A DNA stretch of 64,000 bases from Lobosporangium transversale. Lineage: Eukaryota. Below the pieces are notes generated by a model that did not search any database, was not told the DNA's origin, and saw only the letters and a list, made by a program, of their open reading frames with translations. The stretch covers positions 682,001-746,000 of the forward strand of contig NW_019028981.1 in the NCBI RefSeq assembly GCF_002105155.1. The letters run 5' to 3'. How positions within the stretch are numbered: the first letter of the stretch is position 1; the number at the start of each line of letters is the position of its first letter. Position numbers and translations under genes: made by a program. This document shows positions 43,098 through 55,763 of the stretch, in pieces.

Positions 43098-46000
43098 ATG
43101 ACTACTGAGAAACTCGAACAACCTCAAGTTGTTGAGACAACAGTCTCTACGACTTGTGACAAGCAACAACAGCAGGAATCTGCCTGTCAGGCCTCGAACC
43201 TTGACCAGGTCTCGGTAGCCATGAATGAGTACACGCTCAAGGGCTGGGTAAGGATAGATTGCTGTTTTTACAATTATTGTCATGAAACGCCGGCTCGGAT
43301 ACTCAATATTTTTTACTCACTTTCGTTACTCATTTAATTGATTTTGACAGATCATGCTCAATGATGGTTGTCCTGATTGCAATGTAAGTGTTTGATTGTG
43401 TGTTTTGTGTTCACTTTTTTTTTACGATGCGCCACAACACATCTCCCTTCCTCAGAGTGCACAGATATCGGGTTAATATCTGATGATTTGATGGTGCAAC
43501 GGAAACAACCCGACTTGTGCCCTTTTCTAAACTGGTAGAATCAATGGGACAAAGAGGCATTCGACTAGAATAAATAGGAAAAAAAAAAAAAAAAGTATTT
43601 TCGGTGGATGGGTTCTGGTATTTGTTGTGGTCGTTTTCCATCAATCCATCAACATGGGTGGATGTGGTTATTCTTTCATCGCCCAAAGCTCTTCTTCCGT
43701 TTGGACTCAGGGCCATTGAATTAAAATTAAAACTACGTATTAAAAAAAAAAAAAAAAAAAAAAAATTAAATACTGCCCCATGCCCATGCTCATATTGCGC
43801 TGCGGCCCTTATCACATTATAATATCCATTTCACGGACCGACCCATAACAAAAAAAGCAGGGGCCATGGGAAACAACCTCATGGACAGATAGGCAAAATG
43901 TAAATGTGAGCAAAGCGACCGTTAATATTAGGATGGAAAGCCTTCATACAGACATATGAAATGATGTTGTCATAGCGTATGGGACGGTGCGGTGCCTGGT
44001 AGCTAAATTTTCCCTGTGCCTAAAATAGTACACGCATTCATGTGGAGACGAAAACCACTACATAGAATAAGGCTATGGGTCATGGCCATGCGTTCTACTT
44101 AATACCGTCAGATCGAACCCTCACACTTTATCTCCATTTCTCTCCTTTCTTCTGAAATCCTTTCAATCTTCTCATCATACTGCATTGATGCATCGCGTTT
44201 TTTTGCAATTCAAGACTTCGCTGATGCGCAATCAGGAAGCTACGAGCCAGGTGTGTGTCAACTGCGAGATCAATCCACCCGTTGATGCTGAAGAGGATGA
44301 AAAGGAGAGTGCACAACAGGTGGAGCTGCTTCCAACAAAGGAGCAAGAAGAGCTCGTACACGACCAAAAGCCAAATCAAGATCAAGAACATCACCAAGAA
44401 GAGCTCATACACGATCAAGATCAAGATCAAGATCAAGATCAAGAACATCATCAAGACTCGCTGCAGCAGCCACAGGAGCAGCAGCAGCAACCTGAGCAGA
44501 TGATAACAGAGAGTGTGAGGTCAAGCGCACCCGCCAGAGCCTTGCCACCACCACCTCCTACAGCCGAGCAGCCTGTACTTCAGGCACCAGGTCCGATCAG
44601 GCCAATGGCATCCAACAATCGAATCTCCGTCATCGATCCAGTGATGGAGAGTGTTCGGAAAGCTTATCGCTCTCCTTCGGGTCGTATGGTCGGTGTTGTT
44701 CAACAACAACAGCAGCAGCCTTTGCCTTTGACCAACGACTTTCCACGACCTCCTACCATTCCTCCTCCTCGATCTACGACGCCTTTGCCCATGCCGCCAA
44801 AGACACCACCACCCGTTCCAAGAAATGTTGTATCACCACCGCCAGGAAATGGTGTTCTGAAGCCTTCCGCCTTCCCACGTCCTCTTGGTCCACCACCACC
44901 ATTGATGCCAAATCATATGCTCATTTCGCCTCCTTCTTCGCCCCCCGCACCCAGATCACCATCCAGAGATAAAAGACGATCTCCACAGTGTTCAATTGTG
45001 GTGCAAGCCAACATTCAGCCACCAATGTCTCCTCCTTCCAGGCCTGTCGGATCTCCCACGTCTAATACATCCCCCTCCCGTCCCAGGTTTCCAACCCCAC
45101 CTTCGACTGGAGCGATCGTGACAAACCTCAGCCTCGCGGGCATTGGCATGCACGAGAGCACTACATTGCAGCCCTCAGGGGGAGCTCATTTGCCAGAAGA
45201 GGATGACGAAAAGGATTTAGAGAGCCATGACGACGAGTTTTTTGAGGATGCAGAAGAGGAGATGGAGGGATACCAATCCAAGCCTGGATCTTCTACTATC
45301 ATTGGCGAAGATGATGATGAAGCCAGAGGGGTAATGGGAATGGATACAGTGTTGCACGATAGCAGACAAGGGTCGAATGAGAGTACATCACGCCTCATTG
45401 GTGAGAAGATACTACAGGGATGGGCGATGCTGCAGGACCCCTGCCCTAATCCTGCATGCAATGGGGTAAGTTATTTTTTAATAATTTATTATAGTTGACT
45501 GCATGGTTCTTTGTACTGTTGATTTCATTTCCCGTCAACCTGGTTTATCTGTTGGGCCGATTCATTCCAAAGCGGCAAAAAGAATGGGGCAAAGGCACAC
45601 ACATTCTTGGCTTTATGCATCGTACGAGAGAGAAATGATAAAATCTGAGCGCTTGTGCGTCCGGCGTTGCAACGACTTTTTTTTTTTTTTTGCCCCCTCT
45701 TTGCTTTTTTGATCTTTGTTCATTTCCGACGAACAAATCGAAAAAGCGCATTTTCTTCTTTGTACAAAGAGAAGAGTTCCAAAAGGACATTGTACGACAG
45801 CATCCTCACATGCTCTTATTTTTATCATTATGCTTTGCCTCATCTTGTCCAGGTGCCATTGATGAGGAGCCTTGAAAAGAAGGAAGTCTGTGTGCTCTGC
45901 AAGACTCGTTATCAGCGCGAGCAATTGCAGGATCATTTCGAGCAACAGAGCAAATATGCAACTGTACCATCGTCACCTGTGACAACAAGTGGACCTTCAA

Positions 46001-46950
46001 ATATGAATACGATCGCTTCTTCAATTGTTTCCTCTCTCAAAACCGCTTCTCAGTTCCCTGCACCTCCCACTACCATGCCTCCTGTTCCTCGAGCCACCTC
46101 GCCACCCATGCCTGCCTATAGGACCACCTCTCCCATCGCAAGCCCTCCTATTGGCTTCACCAGACCGCAACGAGACCTCAATGGAAGGATATCTGGCCCA
46201 ATTGTCCTTCCTCCTCCTGCGCCAATGTCACCCAGCTTTGGACTGAGCAGTCAGCGAATGCTGAGCAGGCATCACAGTGAAGACATGGACGTAAGTCAAA
46301 TTTATGACATCAACTTTTTTTTTTTTTTTTTTTTTTTTTTACTTCGCAAAAAGGGAGTGAAGCTCCGAGGCCCCATGCATTTTTCGTATTCAAACAATAG
46401 AATGATCATTTATTTTGTCACGAGCATGGCGGTGTTGATAACCTTTTGAAATCCGATGATATTCTTACTCTTGTTATTAACTTTTTTTATTTTTTTTTTA
46501 TTTTTTAAGAAGGTTACGGCTGAAGATGAAGAAATGAGAAAGCATATGCAATTGATTGGCAAGGTGAGCGAGTTTTCATATAGATCACTGCCACCGGTAC
46601 CACCTGTACCAGCAGCACATGCTTCATCTTCATCAACATCTCGTCCAGTATCGACGTATTCCAACACTTCTGACAAGGAACGGAACAGCCACCGTCATGG
46701 AGGGGCATCATTTTCACATGGTAGTATTCCAGAGCACGGTACACCAGCGGCTCGTGCCCCTGCCCCTGTTGCTCCTGAAGTCCACGCCATGATCGATGCC
46801 ACACACAAAACCATGGCAACATTGCTGAACAAGTTGGAGGTATATCGACTGGCATTAGAGGTGACTGAGAATCCAAAGGAGGCCCAGCTTCTTACCAACC
46901 AGATCAAGAATCTCATGGAGTGCCTGAAGGCATGCCGGGAAGTCCTTTAA
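43098..46950 (+). CDS. SSSCA1/ZNRD2 (autoantigen p27)-family protein with two zinc-ribbon domains and Pro-rich linkers (5 exons)
   Basis: MNEYTLKGW|IMLNDGCPDCN|TSLMR...CVNC and IGEKILQGWAMLQDPCPNPACNG|VPLMR...CVLC. C-terminal helical hairpin TLLNKLE...IKNLMECLKAC. Confidence 0.82.
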
Positions 46951-47941
46951 TATCATGGACCTACTTCCTAGACACATACACACTCTCTTCACACATGCAA
47001 ACATTCTTCACTCTTTCTCATTCAACTACATCTATCACATACCACATACAAACACGACATCGCCAACATTTCCTCTTTTTATCTTTCCGCATTGTATTTA
47101 TCGTTAGAACATCCGTCATTTATATCTTTGCAAGTTCTCCAATTCCTTATGATGAAGCTACTGACGGGTCATTGTAACAAAAATGACCTCTTTTATCATC
47201 CAACAATTAATACCCTTCCTCTTTATGACATTTTTTTTTACGACACACTCGAAAGAGGAGTTCTAGATTGAGCCTCTTCTCGATATGACCTGTATATGAT
47301 TTATTTAATTTTGATATTTGTATTTGATTTGTTTTTATTTATATACTTTATATATATTTATTTTTTAAAATAAAATGAAGGCTTTGAATAGAATGCATGA
47401 AATCTACAATCTTGATTACCTTGACTTTCGCAACCTGAGAAAAAAAGAAAAAGAAAAAGAAAAAAAAAGAATGTCAGATTTCTGATTATCCATTTCTTGA
47501 TTATAATCAAATAACAATTGTATTGCCTCAGAAGTGAATAGTGAATGTGATTTGTTTATCATCCTTCTCCAAACGTTGGAGTGAGAATTGCAGAATCGCG
47601 TATCATCAATGGCAGAATTCATATTGCAAAATTTAACGGCTAATTGCTTACTTTTTATACTTTATTTTATCTTTTTTTCTTTTTATTTTATCAAGACAAG
47701 ATGAATTTGAAAAACATGTTGGTGATCCATGGAGTTTTCTATAGAATTCTGTTTTGTTTTAAACGCGAAGAAAGAGAAAAGAATAAAAATCAGATGGAAG
47801 ATTAGTTTCCCAGGTAATGATTAATTTTGATGTATTCGTCAATAATATAGTTCTTGTTATTGCTTCAGATCAAGGAAGGCACGATATTTAAATCAACACT
47901 GTTGTTTAGACGCGGATAAATCGATACATCATAAGCAGAAA

Positions 47942-47972
<31 letters not shown>

Positions 47973-49115
47973 CTCTTATTTCATAAATATATTCCATTCA
48001 CGATGGAATAGGATCAATTGATGGGGAAAAAAGTTTTGGAGGATCATTTACCTGACTCGATCAAAAAAAGAATGTTTGGGTACTACACATTTGCCTGATT
48101 AGAATGACCACGATGGATCGCTGATTATGAGAGAAAAACACAAAAGATCCTTATTGCTAACTAATGTAAAGCTCTACTGAGATACCTTTATAAGTGCTAT
48201 CGCCTTTTATATCTTCCGAAATAAAAATAGAAAGTAACATCGCATAAAAGATAGTAGGCTACAAAGCACATATACTAGGGACTTGGAGTACAGCTACAAA
48301 AGTCTAATGCACCTGTTGTTGATCTCTCAGCTCGGCAGATTCATCCTGATCATTCTGATCTAGCTAGAATTACAGATGGTTTGTGGATGAGGAAAGGTGA
48401 TAAGGATAAGAAAGACTTTTCGGAACATCTTTTACCTCCACCGAAGCCACATTTTTCGTTTATATTTTCTTTGATAAGCCACGTGTGTAAGAATTACATG
48501 AAGCAAGTACGACAAAGTTTATGGCGATCCTCGTTTACTGCATGATGTATGCTGTGTGTTTAATAGCACCTTCGGTCGATGTATGCTATAGATACGCGTT
48601 CTGTCTAGGAAAAAAAAAAAAAAAATACAAACCGAATAGATTGTTGTTCATAGACAGCCTGACCAAAGTAGCCTTGACCCGGATCCACCATCCATTCTTT
48701 TATTTCATTTTAAGGTACTCGTAATTGGATTGCAACCCCTCAGCCTCTGTCAAAGTTCATTGATCAATTACTTGCGACTGGAAGTTATGGGAACAAAAAA
48801 GCTTGTTTTAAAGCTGAATGAACTATTCAGAAAATCTTGGGGACATGTCCTAAAGATCATGATTTGTTTATTATCCACTTGATAATTGTCTTGAGCAAGG
48901 GAGTGATTATGGTAGTACTTGTATTTAACGTAGTACACCGTTCCTAAAGTTCCATCCAATCTTGGCCTGACTTCTGTGTGGACTGTTAACCTGGCTGGAC
49001 ATTCCTGCTTGATGCTTGGCTTGCATATTCAAGTTTTACCAAGGAAGTAACATCAAGATGACATTTCTCTATATAAGAAACTTCCTCGTGTACCATCCCT
49101 GAACCTGCCAGTGCG

Positions 49116-49146
<31 letters not shown>

Positions 49147-49496
49147 CGTTTTCAATACCAATCTCTATGAGAAGAAAAACAGCATTCATCGTTATTCTTT
49201 TATTTTCGTTAATCTAACTCATGACCATTGCTTGAGAGCAAACGCATTTTGAAATGTTTTGCTACGTGAGCTAAGGAGATAAAGATTGCCATATTTCCTG
49301 TCTTCCCCAACAGATGCGATCACGTCGGACTGCTTTGACAAGTCAAGCACTCTCACTCTCACACACACCTTCACAACACACTCTCTTCCCTCTCCATACA
49401 CAGTTGCTCTTTCGCTGTGAGACCTCTTCGTGAGCATTACTCTTTCTTTTCTCTTCTCACTTGTTTACCTTCCTATTCACTTGCTTTCATATTACA

Positions 49497-49828
49497 ATGT
49501 CTGCTCACAGGAGCAGCAATAAGAGGATATGGAGGGTTTCTTCTGATGCTACTGCGGATACTGTAGCAGCAACAGCACCAACACCAGCAGAGTCGATTAC
49601 AGGAGATACATCTCGAGCCCTAACTCTACAGTCAATACCTCTGGCTGTCACTACACCATCATCATCAGCTTCAACAACGGTGCTTTCGAAGCACAAAGAT
49701 CCCATGGCCTTCTTTTCTGAGGAAATTGCACTCCATATTCTCGAGGCCCTTGAGCCTTCTGATCTGGGCAAGTGTGCTTGTGTATCGAGGCTATGGCACC
49801 GACTAGTCAATGATCAAATGGTATTAAA

Positions 49829-49859
<31 letters not shown>

Positions 49860-52164
49860 GGATATTGGCTGCAAACGATGTTGACTGACAAGTGACCAAA
49901 CGTTTATACTTGTGCCAATGATCTAGCTTTGGAGACGTCTCTTCTTGAAGTACAGGTTCATCTTTCCAAGAGGACTCAACCCATCCATGGCCACTGCAAA
50001 ATTGGAAGCATTAATGAAGCCACCCGTCAACAGCAAGAGTATTGACAGAACTCACTGTACTAATACTACACAGCGTTTGAAAAAGAGAAAACGGTCTGTG
50101 TACGAGCAAGATTTACATGATGAGGACGAGAATGGCCGGATACAACGTCAGAGTCGAAAGGGACTTCTACGGAGGTCATACCAATCCCAAACTCAAAATC
50201 AATACCAAAACCAGTGCTGGAAGGCGCTCTATAAACTCAACTACAATTGGATCATGGGTCAAGCTAGAGTAGCGAGTGTGTCTGTCCAAGATATGTTCCT
50301 ACGAGACCAAAATGTCCTGGGGATGAATATCAATTCGACCGAGCATATTAACATGGATATTAATCGGTCAAAGAGATATACGCTTCAATCACCACCTATT
50401 GTTCAGTTTAAAGGATCTGTCATCCTTATTGTCAGTCCTAACAATCTAGTTCATCTATGGAGAGTTCAGTCCGTCACCGACTTGCTTTCCTCTTCTTCTT
50501 CGACGAGTGCCGCTCAGTCATGCTCATCATCAACATCACCATTACTATCATCACCATCCACGAGATGCGGTGGCCAGCCTGAATTTTGGCAGACCTATCG
50601 GAGCAGCAGTAGCAATCGCTCGGAGCGGATGCAAACGCCGCTACAACGGCAGGAAGAAGAAGAGGGTAGAGAGGAGCACAGGGCTGATCATACGCTTCCC
50701 AAGATCACTTGTCTATCATTAGATTCTTCTGTCAAGAACATTACAAGTGGTTGGCAAAAAGTCATGGTTGGATTCGAGTCGGGTCATTTTGCCATCTTTG
50801 AATACGCTCAACAGCCGCAGCAGCTGCAGGAACAGGGACAGCAAGGACAGCAGGATAGCCAAGTAACAGCCAAAATTGCGGATGCTCGCAAAAGCATAGC
50901 TGGTAATCTATCATCGACTTCAGCATTATCGCCTGTTGATGGCAATATACAAACAAATCCAAAGACAACTCTACGAGAGATTGGCAATACTATGGATTTA
51001 AAATCCTGGAGTGAAGTGGGACGAATCCAAACAGCATCGTTCCTCTATCCGGTCTTGATCACCTGTTCTAATGATGGTGCCATCTCGATTTACTTGATCC
51101 AGTCAGAGGCGTCGTCACCACCGCCATCAACAGAAAGGTCAGGAGGGGACCGTAGTAGCCCCCATCATTGGTGCCGATTGCTGCACAGACTTTATGGGAC
51201 ATCAACAGAATCGCCCATAGGCGTTGATCTGGAGCAGATCAAAGAAGTTGCCACTTCTACTAATTCTGACAATAGTCCATTGAGGAGAGAAAACGGTGAC
51301 GATGACAAAGAGAAGGGCAGACGAACTGAGTCAAAACAATGGAGGGCTCTCATTAGTTTTGGATTGGAGCTCCATGATGGGTCTTGGACTGTACGGCTAC
51401 AGGAGATTGAGTTCGACGAACACTATATCCTTCACTCGATGGAGATTGGAGCGGAGGGCGACAGCTATGGCAGTATGACTGAAATCAAGGATGGTTTTTA
51501 TGACACGCATAATATTAATAACGGTGGGAGTACAAGTATCATTGATGAGGAGCAAGACGAAGAAGACTTGATCTTTCCAACATATTTCAGTAAATCAGCC
51601 GAGTCTACTGCTGTTGGCCATCATGCACGGATAGGACCTATCTCGACCATCAGCATCTCGTGGCCATTTGTAGTGACGACACATAGTGATAATACCATGA
51701 ATGTCTTCCAGATGGCACGGGAGATCATCAATCCAAAAACGACAACAATGACGACGACATCAACATTCGGCAGTTATGGTACTCCCTGGTTAAATATAAC
51801 CTCAGATACTCGCACCCGTCTAGAAAAGCGTTTACGGTTTCAGCATCTTTCCACACTCTATGGGCATTGTGGGGCAGTATCAAGTGTTTCGATTGAATCG
51901 CGTTCTGGTAGATTAGTCAGTGCCAGTATGGACAGGTCTATCAAAGTATGGACGATGGCAATGAAGAATCATGAGGATGACCGACTGGAACATCAACGGG
52001 TCCATCAATGCGCTGTCTCTATGAGCGATATCAACAAGAGCTGGACGGAGAGTGGACAGGTCACGAAGGAAGAAGGTCTGGGACTGATCTGGGTTGGCTC
52101 TGATGAAGAGAAGATTGTGAGCATGAATTGTGATGGCACCGTCAAAATTTGGCAGTTTTCTTAA
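49497..52164 (+). CDS. F-box/WD40-repeat protein (2 exons)
   Basis: F-box DPMAFFSEEIALHILEALEPSDLGKCACVSRLWHRLVNDQM|LWRRLF. WD40 motifs TLYGHCGAVSSV...LVSASMDRSIKVW and DGTVKIWQFS. Confidence 0.9.
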
Positions 52165-52316
52165 GAAAAAGAAAAAAGGATAAAGTCTTTTTTGTGCATT
52201 CTTTTTATTTTATTTTATTTTATTTTTTTTAATTTATTTATTTATTTTCGCATTGTATTTTTATCGTAAGTTGTAAAATATATTAAATTTAAACGAGTTA
52301 AAAATGAGTATCTATC

Positions 52317-52933
52317 CTAGTGTCGACTTCCATGTAAGTATCTATGAAAGATCATTCGTAAAAACATTAAAGTGGAAGTGAAATTAGCTTTTCTTTTTTT
52401 TTTTTTTTTTTTTTTTTTTTTGAACGCGATGGTCCGTAGAGTTAGTTCTACATGGAGCATGTCGTTTACCTGGGATACGATCCAAGGTGGATGCATTTTT
52501 GAGTAAATTCTTGCAGATTTTCGACCGCACGCCTGACATTATCCTCATTTCCAGGAGCGCCTTCAATGTCGATATAAGTCATGTATTCCCATGGTGAGGC
52601 TAAAGTAATGGTCCTGGACGATGGTCTGGACTCTAGTTTGGTAATGTTGATATCACGAAGAGCAAAGCAGGAGCAGACCCGATGTAAAGCCCCGACTTGG
52701 TTCTTCATCACTAATGCAAAGGATGATTTGGGACTCATGCTCCGATCTGGTTGCAAAACTGGGTGGCGTGAGATAAGCCAGTAACGTGTCACGTTGTTGG
52801 GTGTTGAATCTGATCCAAGGATAGCCAAACCATGAAGTTGCGCAGCTCGTTTCCCTGCCAGAGCAGCACTAAACCCCGCAGGCAAAAAAGTATATATAAA
52901 AAAAAGGATATTAAAACGGACAGTCAGGTTGCA

Positions 52934-52967
<34 letters not shown>

Positions 52968-53906
52968 CGCATGTCCTTACCAGCCGAATTCTTTACTCTT
53001 GGCGACATCCTCAGCTGCACTGGCTGTATTACTAGAGAGCACAGCTCTGTATCCTTCTGGTAGCGTTGCATCAAGGAATTCTTGACACTGTTCGAGGATA
53101 GCAGGATGAGATTGGATCTCAACAATGTCTAATTATGTCTCCAGTTTTTTTTTTTTTAAAAAAAAAAAAAAAAATCATAGTAAATGAATTAGTTTGTGGC
53201 AGATGACGTGAAAAATATCTATAATGGCCAGATAAATAATTATCAGAATGAAAAGGTCAAGAAGGCTACATAGGATGGCGAGTGGGCAAAAAGTTTTAGA
53301 TTGCTCTGATCCAAATTAGTAATGATATCAATTATGGATGTGCATGTTGATCACAGGCCACAGATGATCAAGCTTTTTATACCTTTGAGTTCAGTGCCTG
53401 GACGAGCCATAATGTAATGTGACTCGCTGCAGGTATACTCGCCCACAACCCAGAGACGCGGTTCCTGTCGAGCAAATAATTCAAGAACAGAATGAAGTGT
53501 TCCAGAGAGGGAGTTTTCGATTGGAATGAGCCCATGGCGAACAGTGCCGCGTTGAATATTCGAAAACAACTAATTAGAATGTCAATATAAGTGTAAATGT
53601 AGTCAGTCATAGGTCCACGCGTCAAGATCAGGATTGATTAAATAAAAGTCCGTTACTTCAGTCAGGGTATCAAATCCTTCGGTACGGAAGGTGTGTTGTG
53701 TAAAACTAGGATGCTTAGAGGTGAGCTCGATGATAGCATCTTCAGCATACGCGCCATTGACGCCCTATATTGAGTAGCGATATATGTATCAAAAGCATGT
53801 TGTCAGGATACTAAGCACCTTGTGAATGCATGCAAAATTTTTTTTGAAAAAAAAAAAAAAAAAAAAAAAAAAAGATGGAACTTGCATGAAAACCGATTGC
53901 GTTCAT
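52317..53906 (-). CDS. PHA2: Prephenate dehydratase with C-terminal ACT domain (6 exons)
   Basis: MNAIGFH|GVNGAYAE, LIPIENSLSG, IQSHP..LEQC, NTASAA, NVTRY, NQVGALHRV..CFA.RDINITKLESRP, YIDIEG, LGSYPR. Intron 1 (53885-53765) is GC-AG. Confidence 0.92.
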
Positions 53907-54402
53907 GTGTTTGTTTGAATACTTGGGATGAGAGATGGAATGAATGATCAAGATGTGAAAATGAGAAGATGAAAGAGATCTTCAATTTGTATACGAAACA
54001 ATTATTTTACACAATTGTGTTTTTCAATTTAGCTTTCTGTAAACTAAGCCCAGTAACTGTTTAGAATTTAGTAAATACAATAGTTAGTATTTCTATCTGT
54101 TAGTATATTTATCGATAAATTTTAGGAACTTTGTCACTTATTTGACTTTTGGGCAAAGCAACTTTTTTTTCAGGCCCAGTCTCTGTCACAGTTGCTCAGC
54201 CATTTCAAAAAACAAAGTCCCACTAGTGCCCAATATGCTCAATGAAGGCATGCATCCTTATCCCTTTTTCATCTTGGATGTAATAAATGAAAATGAAAAA
54301 TAGGACCAAAGGACTCTTGCCTTGTCTATTCATGTGTTGTCTCCCAGGCCCGCTCTTTTTCCTTTCTCTTGCACTGTTCGTCTCAACGCGCTTAATCTTA
54401 TA

Positions 54403-54437
<35 letters not shown>

Positions 54438-54782
54438 AACGATGACGAATGATAAAAAAAAATAAATGAAACTTGTCATGTCCATGTATTGACATGGAAT
54501 GAAATGGAATCAAAAAATTGGGTTTCTTTTTTATTCGTCCTCTGTTCATTAATCATTCATGATTGTCACCTGTCTCCATCCTGTTTACTACCACAACTCC
54601 ATCACTCTCATCACCTTACCTGGAAGCGTCAAGTGAGATTGAGCTAGACAGAAGAGCAAACCAAAAGAAAGAAAGAGACACACTCTCACACTCTCACGCA
54701 CCATTCCTTTCTTTCCATTTCTTTCCTTTTCTTTTCTTTCCTTGCTTCCTTGTCATCCATTCATTCCATCAACTCATTCTCC

Positions 54783-54785
<3 letters not shown>

Positions 54786-54873
<88 letters not shown>
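54786..54873. repeat. (TC)n dinucleotide microsatellite upstream of the GATA gene
   Basis: About 44 TC units seen directly. Confidence 0.97.
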
Positions 54874-54880
<7 letters not shown>

Positions 54881-55657
54881 ACTCCTATTCCTATACTTTA
54901 CAATCCTTTGCTCTGTTATCCTTCTCAGCTCTGCGCCTCTTTGCACGCATCAAAGGATCAACCTACACGATCTACATTTTTTATTCCTTCGTGCATTCTC
55001 AAGTTGTAAGTGCACTTTGCCATTCACATTAAAACAAAAAAAAAAAGCTAATTGAGAATGCTTTTTTTTACTCTCATGCATGTGATTGAATGAAAATGAA
55101 TGCATTCCCATTTGATTTTGTATTCTTTTTACTAATAACAAATAAAGGGAAAGAGTGTTCGCACACACCAAAGAAAAAACACTGTTTCCAGTGATACTTG
55201 CTTTTCCCATCTGTTGACACTAATCGCTTCTCTCTTTCTCTCTCTCTCTATATATATATCTCTCTCTCTATCTCGCTCGTTATCAATCTTCAATCACCAT
55301 TCATATACTTTATTCATCCATGCTTTCATCTTCTTACCTCTTAGACTGCATTCTTCTTTTACTCTCACCATACTCATCATTCCATTGACCTCGTAACAAA
55401 TTTACAACAGTTACTGCATTAGTGATCTGTTCATTTTGTCTCTCCACCCGGCCTGACAGCCCGTGACGGATGGCTAGTTAGCTCCTTGCCGCACACATTC
55501 CTTTCCTTTCACTCCTTTCTCTCTTTCTCTCCCTCTTTTTTTTTTTTTTTTTTTTCTTTATTCTGTTCGATTTCTTCCACTTTCACTCATATACACACTT
55601 TTTTTTCCTCTTTTTTTCGTTTACTCTGCCTATCTTTCCTAGTCTCTCTCTCTCTCT

Positions 55658-55689
<32 letters not shown>

Positions 55690-55763
55690 GTTGTTTGTTT
55701 TCAATTGCTATTTAGAATCGACTTGTTGTGAGTGTTCATCGTGTTGCTCCTTTTCCTGACCAA

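Noticed and set aside
54563..55055. (SL)n and (RE)n ORFs
   Set aside because: Translations of the (TC)n microsatellite.
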